In this document: one piece after another, positions 1 through 9,148 of the stretch | Numbering within the stretch: the first letter of the stretch is position 1 | Layout: the number at the start of each line of letters is the position of its first letter | Source: Candidatus Omnitrophota bacterium | Lineage (GTDB): Bacteria > Omnitrophota > Gorgyraeia > Tantalellales > Tantalellaceae | Length of the DNA: 64,000 bases | Reading direction: 5' to 3' | NCBI GenBank assembly: GCA_043813915.1 | Contig: JBDRKO010000026.1 | Span: 66,236 to 130,235 of the forward strand | The notes under the pieces: generated by a model | The model's database searches: none | What the model was told of the DNA's origin: nothing | What the model saw: the letters and a program-made list of their open reading frames with translations, nothing else | Position numbers and translations under genes: made by a program

Positions 1-2
1 TG

Positions 3-1460
3 ATGATGTATAGAGATTTGAGAGGAATAAAAATATACGCGCCCGAAGAATTCTTTCCTTCCGAGAGAGCGGTAGCACAGTTGGAAAGGATCAGCCGCGA
101 TGAACGGGTAGAAAAACCTGTTATAGGCCTGGTGGATATACATGACAAAAAGGATAATGATTTTCCGACAGGCGTTGTCGTAGCGTCACGCAAATACATT
201 TTTCCTCAGCTTGTCGTTTCGGGTCCGAACTGCGGTATGCGGATGATGTCGCTTCCGCTTTCGGCGGGTGATATGAAAGATGGCGACGTGGACAGGCTTT
301 TCCGGGGGTTTTCACGGGATATTCATCTGAATTCTTTTTTCGGAAGCGCTCTTTCCGAGGAAGATATCATGGGTATCATGAGACGGGGCGCAGGCTGGAT
401 AAAATATAGATTTCCGGACGCCGAAGACGAGATAGGACATATCGAGTCCGGCGGGAACGCTTTCGGAAGCAACTTGCCGGATGACCGCTTGATACGCAGG
501 GCTATCCCGAAAAGTATAAGGGAACTTTCGAAATACAGGATGGGGATACTCGGCAAGGGGAACCATTTTCTTGAACTTCAGGAAGTGGAAGAAGTATTCG
601 ATCAGCAGAAAGCGGAGCATATGGGTCTCAGAAGAGGAGGATTATATCTTTTTATGCATTCGGGTTCAGGCGGACTCGGCGCTATGGCAGGCAATATTTA
701 TACTCCGAGAAGCATATCTTCCAGAGGAAAAAAAATGAGCGCGTATGTGGCCGCGGAATGGTTCAGGTCCATGTTCGATCCTGTGAGACGAAGATATATA
801 AAGAAAGTCGTTGATCATATAATTAACGGAAAAAAAGGATTATTCGGCCTTGAAGCGGGCTCCGAAGAGGCAGAACTTTATCTCACGGCTATAAGGGCTT
901 CAGCTAATTTTGCTTACGCGAACAGGGCGTTCATAAGCAGGAACATAAGAAGATCAGCCTCGGAAAGCCTGGGGATCGAGCCGAAGGAGATAAAGACACT
1001 TTACGATCTTTCCCATATGTCTATAGAGAAGGAGACGTACGGAGACGGCGCCGTATGGGTGCACCGTACAGGCGGGGTCAGAGCACTGCCGCCCGGTCTT
1101 TTGCCCGAGGGGAGCGTCTTCAAGGAAACGGGCACACCGGTCTTTCTGCCGGGTTCTATGGGAAGCGCTACATACATCGGTGTTGCGACAGAAAAAAATA
1201 AAGAGACATTCTATTCGGTCAGCCACGGTACGGGACGCCTGCCCGAAGATAAAATAAAGGCAAGAGCGGAGAACAGGGAAGAGCTTGTAAAATATCTGAA
1301 GGAAAGGTCGATCACTTTATATAAAGGAGAGCAAAAACGGATCGTTAAACAAGACCCGCGGTGTTTTAAGGACGTAGACAAAGCCGCGGGATATCTTGAG
1401 GACAGCCGATTTCTTAAAAAAGTCGCTAAAATGAGGCCTATAGCCGTATTGAAAGGATAG
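3..1460 (+). CDS. rtcB: RtcB-family (RNA ligase-like) protein, divergent
   Basis: Motifs DxH, NCG, GNHFLE, HSGS, HR.G..RA, PGSMG, SHG.GR and C-terminal RP...LKG match RtcB; ATG overlaps an upstream TGA (tgatg). Several active-site substitutions. Confidence 0.8.
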   Translation: MMYRDLRGIKIYAPEEFFPSERAVAQLERISRDERVEKPVIGLVDIHDKKDNDFPTGVVVASRKYIFPQLVVSGPNCGMRMMSLPLSAGDMKDGDVDRLFRGFSRDIHLNSFFGSALSEEDIMGIMRRGAGWIKYRFPDAEDEIGHIESGGNAFGSNLPDDRLIRRAIPKSIRELSKYRMGILGKGNHFLELQEVEEVFDQQKAEHMGLRRGGLYLFMHSGSGGLGAMAGNIYTPRSISSRGKKMSAYVAAEWFRSMFDPVRRRYIKKVVDHIINGKKGLFGLEAGSEEAELYLTAIRASANFAYANRAFISRNIRRSASESLGIEPKEIKTLYDLSHMSIEKETYGDGAVWVHRTGGVRALPPGLLPEGSVFKETGTPVFLPGSMGSATYIGVATEKNKETFYSVSHGTGRLPEDKIKARAENREELVKYLKERSITLYKGEQKRIVKQDPRCFKDVDKAAGYLEDSRFLKKVAKMRPIAVLKG

Positions 1461-1466
1461 TGAAAT

Positions 1467-3065
1467 ATGAGCAAAAGATCTTTGTATATATGGGTGTTCG
1501 TGTTTTTCGCGTGCATATACTCGTTTTTCTCTATCGGCCATTATGGGGGAGACGGGTACGAGGATTACCTCACGGCCGAAAGCCTCGTTCTTGACGGAAA
1601 TACCGCGTTATATGACAGGCCCGATGATCCCGATGAATTGGAATACAAGACGGGGGCGGGCATAAAAGGCAAGGACGGCAGAATATATTCTTCAGGAAGG
1701 AAGTTGGGCGTTCCGATCCTTATCGCCCCTCTTTACGGAGCGGGTCATCTCGTGTCTTACGTTTTTAAACAGGCGCCCCATGATCATATAACGATGATGT
1801 TCGCTTCCTTCTATAATCCTCTGGTAACGGCCGCCGGTGTTCTTCTCGTTTTGATGATATCCATACATCTCGGGTTTAAACGCAGACTTCTTGTGGTTGT
1901 CGCGTTTTTATACGGCCTCACGACCATGACGATGGTCTATACAAGGACGGGGTTCGCGGATCCTACCCTGGTGGTATTCCTGCTTTTAACCGCGTATTTT
2001 CTGATAACCTATTCCAAAAATCCCAGGATGGTGTATCTGGCTTGGGCGTCCCTATCCATGGTCTATTGCGTGCTTACGAAGGTCAACGGGCTGATATTCC
2101 TCCCATGCTTTATCGTATATCTTATGTGGGTAAGCTGGGAAAAGGGTCAAACTGTTTCAGAGAGATTGAAACCCGTTCTATTTTTCGTTATCCTTACGTC
2201 TTTGCTGACAGCGTGCGCATTGAAATTGGAAAGTATGACCTTCGGCGGTATTTCCAGCTTGGACAGGGCGCGTGCGGCGGGAGGCGCGATACGTATTCTG
2301 GAGGCCGATCATTTTCTGAAAGGGGTTTATTATTATCTGTTCAGCCCCGGTAAGGGGTTTTTGATATACAACATTACGCTTATACCGGCTTTTTTCGCGG
2401 TAAAAAAGATTTTCAAATTACGGAATAAGGAGGCGATACTGTTCTTCCTTATTTTTATCGTCAATCTTGTTTTCTATGCCAAATCGTTCAGGCGCGGTTC
2501 GCTTTTTTCCTGGGGGCCGAGATATCTTCTTCCTTCGGTGCCTTTTATGTCGTTCCTTGTCGGATATTTTCTGGAAGACGCGAAAAGCGTTTTTAAAAAG
2601 ACCGTTATGTGGCTGCTTTCGCTGACAGGTTTTGCGATAATGCTGCCGTGCATGATGGTCAATCAGTCAAAGTTCTATTTTTTTGTAGTGGAAAAACTGA
2701 AACTGGACGAATACTTGATAAACTTTATCCCCGATCTTTCGCCGATAAAAGGAGCATGGTCGATGCTCATATCACGGCTTGCTTATGATCTTGGCGGTGC
2801 GGAACTGCCGTTCGTGTTCGATCCGGATTACAGGCTTGTCGGTGATCCCGTTACTTATCTTATGGAGGGCTATAACTATCTGGATCTGTGGTCCTTAAAG
2901 GTGATACAGCTCGCGCCTGCTTTCGGTCCCTATGTAAACGCTGTTCTGGGGATACTGATATTATCGGCATTCGTGGCTTTATATAAGATATACAGAAACA
3001 GGGATGCCGTATTTGCTTGCGAGGCGCCTAAAGAGGATCGATATGTTAAAAGAATTCGGCCCTGA
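1467..3065 (+). CDS. Multi-pass membrane protein, GT-C-like (ArnT/PMT-type) glycosyltransferase
   Basis: About 12 hydrophobic segments, acidic loop after TM1 (GDGYEDY), WGPRYLLP motif, glycan locus. Confidence 0.6.
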   Translation: MSKRSLYIWVFVFFACIYSFFSIGHYGGDGYEDYLTAESLVLDGNTALYDRPDDPDELEYKTGAGIKGKDGRIYSSGRKLGVPILIAPLYGAGHLVSYVFKQAPHDHITMMFASFYNPLVTAAGVLLVLMISIHLGFKRRLLVVVAFLYGLTTMTMVYTRTGFADPTLVVFLLLTAYFLITYSKNPRMVYLAWASLSMVYCVLTKVNGLIFLPCFIVYLMWVSWEKGQTVSERLKPVLFFVILTSLLTACALKLESMTFGGISSLDRARAAGGAIRILEADHFLKGVYYYLFSPGKGFLIYNITLIPAFFAVKKIFKLRNKEAILFFLIFIVNLVFYAKSFRRGSLFSWGPRYLLPSVPFMSFLVGYFLEDAKSVFKKTVMWLLSLTGFAIMLPCMMVNQSKFYFFVVEKLKLDEYLINFIPDLSPIKGAWSMLISRLAYDLGGAELPFVFDPDYRLVGDPVTYLMEGYNYLDLWSLKVIQLAPAFGPYVNAVLGILILSAFVALYKIYRNRDAVFACEAPKEDRYVKRIRP

Positions 3066-4035
3066 TAATTTTAAAGTAAGAGAGAAAGTGGCGGACAGAC
3101 CGTCGATGGGAAGATACGCTTCTTCCTGCGCGTGGGGGTCCGACATTTTTCATCTCAGGATAGATGCCGATGAGTATACGGAAGCGTCTTTCAGAACATA
3201 TTATCCCGTATTTGAGAAGCACGCCAAAGCGTTAACGGTATTTTTTAACGCTTGTTCTTTCAGAAACTCTGAAAAAGAGGTACTGAAGTGCCGGGACTTG
3301 GGGATAGATATACAGTCGCATGCTTTCTATCATTATACGTATAATGACTATGCCAGCAACAGACATAATATACATCTGGCAAAAGAGTTCTTTGATTCAC
3401 TCGGGGTAGAGACAATAGGTTTTGCCGCGCCGACGGGAAAATGGAACGCGTCTCTTATGAAAGCGTTGGAGGACGAGGGATACAAATACTCATCGGATTT
3501 TTCTTATGATTACATGGCTTTCCCGAGTTATCCTTTGCTGTGCCGCAGGCCTTCACGTGTGATGGAGATACCTATCTTTCCTGTTGCCCCGGAACTTTTT
3601 TTTCAGGGTACGCCTTGCGAAGAGGAAATTGTTCTCGAATATTATAAGAACGCTATAGACGGACTTATAGCGGGAGGGTTACCGGTAATAATTTATGCGC
3701 ATACCAGCCCGGCAATACGTGAGGTGCCTTCATTGCTTGAGGAAATAGCGGACTACGCGGTCGGAAAGAAAGGTCTGAGACCGGTCTCTATGACCGGCCT
3801 TTTTCATATGACGGACGGGAAAGCTCCTGTCCGGGAAAATGTATCCCTGCCCGGAGAGACGGGAAAAATGCCCATGGAAAACTTTTCAGGCAGACGTGTC
3901 CGGCCTGGGATCTTCTCTGCCGTGAAAGACGCCCTGAAAGAAGCTATTGATTTTGAGAGGATAACGCCGGAAGAAGAACTTAAATGCGGGCATGTTAAAA
4001 AAGCGCTTAAACTGCTCGCCAGAAAAATGACTTGA
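3043..4035 (+). CDS. Polysaccharide deacetylase (NodB/CE4-like)
   Basis: RIDADE, QSHAFYH, GFAAP.G, YSSDF motifs; start taken at ATG 3043, overlapping the upstream gene end. Confidence 0.7.
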   Translation: MLKEFGPDNFKVREKVADRPSMGRYASSCAWGSDIFHLRIDADEYTEASFRTYYPVFEKHAKALTVFFNACSFRNSEKEVLKCRDLGIDIQSHAFYHYTYNDYASNRHNIHLAKEFFDSLGVETIGFAAPTGKWNASLMKALEDEGYKYSSDFSYDYMAFPSYPLLCRRPSRVMEIPIFPVAPELFFQGTPCEEEIVLEYYKNAIDGLIAGGLPVIIYAHTSPAIREVPSLLEEIADYAVGKKGLRPVSMTGLFHMTDGKAPVRENVSLPGETGKMPMENFSGRRVRPGIFSAVKDALKEAIDFERITPEEELKCGHVKKALKLLARKMT

Positions 4036-4060
4036 CCCCGATCGAGGGTGAGGACGAACA

Positions 4061-5947
4061 ATGGAACATGATATAAACAAACAACTTATAGACATGGCCG
4101 GAAAAAAGAACGGATTGGCCGATGCGCGCTCATTTTTTCTGGACCAGGCCGAGAACGGGTATAACATGCTTCTGTGGAAATGTTATCTTGCGCGGGTCGC
4201 GAACCGCAAAGAAGGGATCAATAAGACCGAAAGGATAGCTATCCTGGGATCATCTAACGTAACGCCGCTTAAAGATAAACTTAAAGTAATGTTCCACGCT
4301 CATGGAGTAGATACGGAATTCTATATGGGGGAATATAATAACTGGTATCAGGAACTTCTGTTCGATGAAAGGTCCGGTCTGTATGGGTTAGGCCCGTCGA
4401 TCGTGGTGATGATATTGAGTTTTCAGGATATTTTTCAGGACTCATATGAGAGCTTACTGTCTTTTTCTCAAGTGAAAGTGAACAGGATCCTGAAAAGAAC
4501 GTTGGGCCATATTATAGACGCGGTTAATTATTTTTGCTCAAAATTCCCTGAAAGCGCCGTATATCTCTCTGTAATACCTCCGGTAGAAGACCCTTCCAGC
4601 TACGCATATTGGCCGGGTACTGTGCATAAAAGCCGCGGATATTTTCATAAATTTTGCGGGACAATTGCGGATTATTGGAAAGAAAACGATAATATTTTCA
4701 TGCTGAATACCGGAAACATTATTCAAGGATATAAAAAAGAACAGATAGCGGATAAAAGGTATTGGTATTTGGGGAGAATAAGATACACGGACCTGTTCTT
4801 CTCGGAACTATCAAGAGAGCTAGTTAAAGTGTACAATATGGCGCATTCCATTCCCAAAAAATGTCTTATTGTTGATCTGGATGGAACGCTTTGGGGCGGG
4901 ATCATAGGAGAAGACGGACGCAGTAATATTATCCTGGGGCAGGACGGTTTGGGGCAGGCATATCAGGATTTCCAGAGGGAGATACTTAAATTATACGAAA
5001 AGGGCATAATACTCGCGATATGCAGTAAAAATAATGAATCTGATGTGGATATATTATTACATATGGATAAAAGAATGTTGCTGAAGGATGAACATTTCAC
5101 ATCAAAACGGATAAACTGGAATGATAAGGCCTCCAACATAGAGGAAATAGCGAAAGAGATAAACATAGGGCTTGATTCCATAGTATTCCTCGACGATAAT
5201 CCTGTTGAGAGAGAATGGGTCAGGGAAAACCTTCCTGAAGTGACCGTTCCTGAGATGCCGGAAGATCCCTCTAGGTATGCGGAATTCCTGAAGAATTCAA
5301 AATGGTTTAATTCGTATAATACAACAAAGGAAGATCGTATAAGGAACATTACTTATAAAGCTGTTGCGAAAAGCAAAAAACTTAAAGAAAAGTCGAAAAA
5401 CATTAATAGTTTTATTAGAGATCTCAAACAACAGGTTATCATAGAAGATGTTAATACATCTACTATTTCAAGAGCCGTACAATTAAGCCAAAAGACCAAT
5501 CAGTTTAAGATGAATCATAAAAGATACGAATTGTCTGAAATGAAAAATATGATCAAGGATAAGGACTATAAGATATACACACTCAGTCTAAAGGATTGTT
5601 TTTGTGATTATGGCATAATCGGACTTATGATCATGAAGAACGATCATATTGATGATTTCATCTTAAGCTGCCGAGTTATAGGTAGAAAGATAGAAGATGT
5701 AATTATAGATTGGCTGAAGAAAAGGTTAAAGAAGGAGGGCTACAGTCACATATATGGTAGATATAGAACCAGTACTAAAAATTCTGTCTGCAAAGATGTA
5801 TATAAAGAGAATGGGTTTATATCAAAGGAAGAGGGTGTGCTGAATACCGGAGGTGCTAATACAATTAACAAATATAATTTGAAGGGTAAGGTTGGATTCT
5901 CATCTTTCAAGGATATTATTAAGGTGAAGTATGAAGGGAAAAGATGA
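4061..5947 (+). CDS. FkbH-like HAD-IIIC protein (glyceryl-ACP synthase type) with C-terminal GNAT-like region
   Basis: KCLIVDLDGTLWGG, CSKNN, INWNDK, FLDDNPVER, KTNQF, LSCRVIGR. Confidence 0.9.
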   Translation: MEHDINKQLIDMAGKKNGLADARSFFLDQAENGYNMLLWKCYLARVANRKEGINKTERIAILGSSNVTPLKDKLKVMFHAHGVDTEFYMGEYNNWYQELLFDERSGLYGLGPSIVVMILSFQDIFQDSYESLLSFSQVKVNRILKRTLGHIIDAVNYFCSKFPESAVYLSVIPPVEDPSSYAYWPGTVHKSRGYFHKFCGTIADYWKENDNIFMLNTGNIIQGYKKEQIADKRYWYLGRIRYTDLFFSELSRELVKVYNMAHSIPKKCLIVDLDGTLWGGIIGEDGRSNIILGQDGLGQAYQDFQREILKLYEKGIILAICSKNNESDVDILLHMDKRMLLKDEHFTSKRINWNDKASNIEEIAKEINIGLDSIVFLDDNPVEREWVRENLPEVTVPEMPEDPSRYAEFLKNSKWFNSYNTTKEDRIRNITYKAVAKSKKLKEKSKNINSFIRDLKQQVIIEDVNTSTISRAVQLSQKTNQFKMNHKRYELSEMKNMIKDKDYKIYTLSLKDCFCDYGIIGLMIMKNDHIDDFILSCRVIGRKIEDVIIDWLKKRLKKEGYSHIYGRYRTSTKNSVCKDVYKENGFISKEEGVLNTGGANTINKYNLKGKVGFSSFKDIIKVKYEGKR

Positions 5948-6173
5948 AATGAAAGAAAAACTTAAGTTCATAATAGCTAACTGCTGCAGTATAGACACTT
6001 CCGCGGTAGATGATAACGCTAAGGTGAATGAGACACCTAACTGGGATTCTTTCGGGCATCTTCAGATAATGTCATGCGTCGAACAGGAGTTCGGTGTCTC
6101 CTTTGATACCAGGACCATCTCGGCTCTGCTTTCATATAAGGATATACTGGGGTATCTGAAGGAGAACACTTAG
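5931..6173 (+). CDS. Acyl carrier protein
   Basis: 80 aa, WDSFGHL phosphopantetheine-site motif, EQEFGV; directly follows FkbH. Confidence 0.85.
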   Translation: MKGKDEMKEKLKFIIANCCSIDTSAVDDNAKVNETPNWDSFGHLQIMSCVEQEFGVSFDTRTISALLSYKDILGYLKENT

Positions 6174-6194
6174 ACCGGACCGGTATCATATATC

Positions 6195-7316
6195 ATGGAG
6201 AGAAATATAAACATACGAAACTATAGAGAGGAAGATACACCGGCCGTGGTGGGACTTCTTTCCGGATTTTATGACAACGTAAAGACGGAGGAGGACTGGA
6301 GGCGTCTTTACCTCGATAATCCGGCGGGAAGCGCGGTAATATCACTTGCTGAAGAGACGTCCGGGAAGAAACTGATAGGCCATTACTCGGTGATAAAGAT
6401 GGAGATGTCCGTTTTCGGCGAGAAACGGTTTTGCGGAAAAGGGGAAGGTGAGATATTCGATCTTCCGTTCTTAATAGGACTTTTGAAAAGAGGTGTAAAA
6501 ATAGAGCCTTCTTCGGAAAAGCTTATCAGGCACACTATGAACGCGGCGCTTGCCTGTGGGCTAGAGATGGTTTGTACCAATCCGAACGATCTGGCTCTCA
6601 AGTCTCATATCGCGGCGGGATATGACAGTTTGCGTCAGGAATTCAGCATATTTGTTTTGCCGCTAAAAAGCCGATATCTTTCTCATGTATTAACGAAAAA
6701 AAAGAACTTGGCCGGCACGGCATGTTTCATAAGTTCTTTAGTAGCACCACTTATACACTTTCTCTATTCCGTAAAAGTGTTATTCTTCGGGAGAACCGGG
6801 GTATGTCTTGACCCTATCGGGTCTTTCGACAGCCGTACGGATATCTTCGCGGAAGCATTAGGGAAGGATAAGCATGTTATCGCCATAGACCGAAGCGCGG
6901 GCCATCTTAATTGGCGTTTCGGAAAGGAAGAATATAAAAAATATGTTATACGGGACGGCGGTAAGGATATAGGATATGCCGTTTTGCATGTTTTCATCAA
7001 CCCTAACGGTTTTAAAGAGGCGTGCCTTGTGGATTATCTTTTTCTGCCGGAGGGGTGGGGAAAGTTTAAAGGTACTATTGTCAAAATAACGGAAGAAGCA
7101 AAGAAGTATGATAGCGATCTTCTGCGTGTTAACTATATGCATGACAGGAAAGAAACGTTCGGACTGGCAGGTGTATTAAAGGAACTTTTTTTTACGAAGA
7201 GGTCCGACAAAAGGAACATCACTGTCTTTCTGTCTTCACAGCTCGAAGATGAAAAAGAAAAAATATTGGATATAAAAAACTGGTTCTTTACGGATCTTTA
7301 TTTCGAGGGATATTAA
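6195..7316 (+). CDS. GNAT-family acyltransferase (tandem GNAT, FemAB-like architecture)
   Basis: N-terminal IRNYREED, LIGHYSV, PND.ALKSH, RSAGHLNWRF, GYAVL. Confidence 0.65.
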   Translation: MERNINIRNYREEDTPAVVGLLSGFYDNVKTEEDWRRLYLDNPAGSAVISLAEETSGKKLIGHYSVIKMEMSVFGEKRFCGKGEGEIFDLPFLIGLLKRGVKIEPSSEKLIRHTMNAALACGLEMVCTNPNDLALKSHIAAGYDSLRQEFSIFVLPLKSRYLSHVLTKKKNLAGTACFISSLVAPLIHFLYSVKVLFFGRTGVCLDPIGSFDSRTDIFAEALGKDKHVIAIDRSAGHLNWRFGKEEYKKYVIRDGGKDIGYAVLHVFINPNGFKEACLVDYLFLPEGWGKFKGTIVKITEEAKKYDSDLLRVNYMHDRKETFGLAGVLKELFFTKRSDKRNITVFLSSQLEDEKEKILDIKNWFFTDLYFEGY

Positions 7317-9110
7317 GTGCAGATAAAAAAAGTGAACATAATTATCCTGAATTATAACGGGAAGGACCTTCTGGCGAAATATCTTCCTTCTGTAATAGAA
7401 GCGGGTGATCTGTCCCGGCATGAATGCAAGGTGTCGGTTATCGATAATAAAAGTTCTGACGGTTCCGTAGAGTTCCTGCGTTCCGATTTTCCCGGGGTCG
7501 ATATTTTTGTCGCGAAAGAAAACAGGGTGCTCTGTTCATTTAACGAAGTCGTACGTTCCGTGACGGAAGAGATAGTTATATTCCTGAACAACGATATCGG
7601 ACTGGACCCCGGTTTTGTAGACCCGCTTATCAGCCATTTCGGTAATGATGGGATTCTTTTTGCGGCGCCGAAAGAATGTTCTCCCGACGGCGAATTCCGT
7701 GGCGGGGTCAATCGCGGTGTTTTTAAATTCGGGTTTTTCAGGAACCTTGTCAAAGAGGGGTCCGAAGATACCTGCCAATATTCCATGGCGGTCCATGGCG
7801 GTGCGTTCGACCGTAAAAAATTCAATGAACTCGGCGGGTATGACGATATGTATCTTCCGGGTTATGTTGAGGACCTTGACCTGTGTTACCGGGGCTGGAA
7901 ACGCGGTTGGTACGGGTTATATGAACCGCGGAGCGTTATGTTCCATGAAGGATGCGCAAGTTTTAACAAAACATACGGGCATGACAGGAAACTTACGATA
8001 GTGCACAGGAACACTTTTCTTTTCTTCTGGAAGAACGTCACCTCTTTCCGCCAGATATTTCTGCATGTTCTTTTTATTGTCCCGCGGTTGGTCCTGTCTC
8101 TGGTGACGGGACGTCTATCATTGGTGTTGGGGTTTTTTCAGGCTCTCAAACGTATCGGCCGGGCTTTAAAGGGGAGACGGGATGTGCGGGGGACATTTAC
8201 CTTAACTGATGAAGAAGTGCTGCGCCGGATAGAAAGCGGCTTTACGGGAATTGAAGAGGAGAAGATCACGCAGGAAGAAGTCCTGTCGGCCAACGTTGAA
8301 TATCATAACAAGATCGCGGCGCGTTACGAAAAGGACGCGTCGACGCGTCTTTTGTTCGAAGAGAGCCCGAATTCTGGACGGCGCATAGAGGGTGTGATGA
8401 AATATCTGGAAGAAGAAACTGCGGGCGAAAAATTCCTTGATATAGGATGCGGGACAGGTAATGTCCTGAGCCGGGCGGCTAAGCGTTTCAAAGAAGCCGT
8501 AGGAATAGACGCCTCGGCTGAAATGCTCAAGATATCCGAAGCAAAGGGCCTGAATGTCGTGCAGGGCGACGCTCTCGCTCTTCCTTGGCCTGCCGGTACG
8601 TTTGACGCCGTAAGCGCTTTTTCGGTTGTGCATCATTTTCTGCGTCCCGGGGATATTTTGAAAGAGGCATACAGGGTACTTAAGGACGGCGGATACCTTT
8701 ATACCGATTGGGATCCTAACGCAAAGGCCGCTTCGCTTTTCGACGCCGGCAGCCAATCAAAACTTTTTACCTTTATTCACGGATTTTATATGTCCGTGAA
8801 GAGAAAAGTCCGCAGTTTGCCTGAAAACGTCAGAAGCGAGTCGGATGAGCTCGAACAGCTCGCGAATATAGCAGAGTACCATCATAAAAAAGGGCTGGAT
8901 GCGGGAAAGATCTCCTCAGAACTCGAGCACATAGGATTTAAAGACGTAAAAGTGTATTTCCATAACAATACGGACGATCTTTTCCGCCCGGAACGCCTGA
9001 ACCCGTGGGAGATGACCAAAATAACCGCAAGAAGAGCCCTGAACTATGATCTAGGCGTTCCGCGCCCCGAAAATATCTGCTCTCAATTCGCTATCTTAGC
9101 CAGAAAATGA
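7317..9110 (+). CDS. GT2 glycosyltransferase fused to class I SAM methyltransferase
   Basis: IILNYNG, IDNKSSDGS, FLNND, EDLDLCYR; C-terminal LDIGCGTG, GDALALP, FDAV...VHH; GTG start abuts the upstream stop. Confidence 0.85.
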   Translation: MQIKKVNIIILNYNGKDLLAKYLPSVIEAGDLSRHECKVSVIDNKSSDGSVEFLRSDFPGVDIFVAKENRVLCSFNEVVRSVTEEIVIFLNNDIGLDPGFVDPLISHFGNDGILFAAPKECSPDGEFRGGVNRGVFKFGFFRNLVKEGSEDTCQYSMAVHGGAFDRKKFNELGGYDDMYLPGYVEDLDLCYRGWKRGWYGLYEPRSVMFHEGCASFNKTYGHDRKLTIVHRNTFLFFWKNVTSFRQIFLHVLFIVPRLVLSLVTGRLSLVLGFFQALKRIGRALKGRRDVRGTFTLTDEEVLRRIESGFTGIEEEKITQEEVLSANVEYHNKIAARYEKDASTRLLFEESPNSGRRIEGVMKYLEEETAGEKFLDIGCGTGNVLSRAAKRFKEAVGIDASAEMLKISEAKGLNVVQGDALALPWPAGTFDAVSAFSVVHHFLRPGDILKEAYRVLKDGGYLYTDWDPNAKAASLFDAGSQSKLFTFIHGFYMSVKRKVRSLPENVRSESDELEQLANIAEYHHKKGLDAGKISSELEHIGFKDVKVYFHNNTDDLFRPERLNPWEMTKITARRALNYDLGVPRPENICSQFAILARK

Positions 9111-9148
9111 AAGATCGTTTTTACGGACGTGACGGCTACCGGGATCGG

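Noticed and set aside
3-1460. Idea that this RtcB re-ligates mRNAs after excision of the intergenic hairpins
   Set aside because: No sequence link between them; the gene context is glycan synthesis and the active site is altered.
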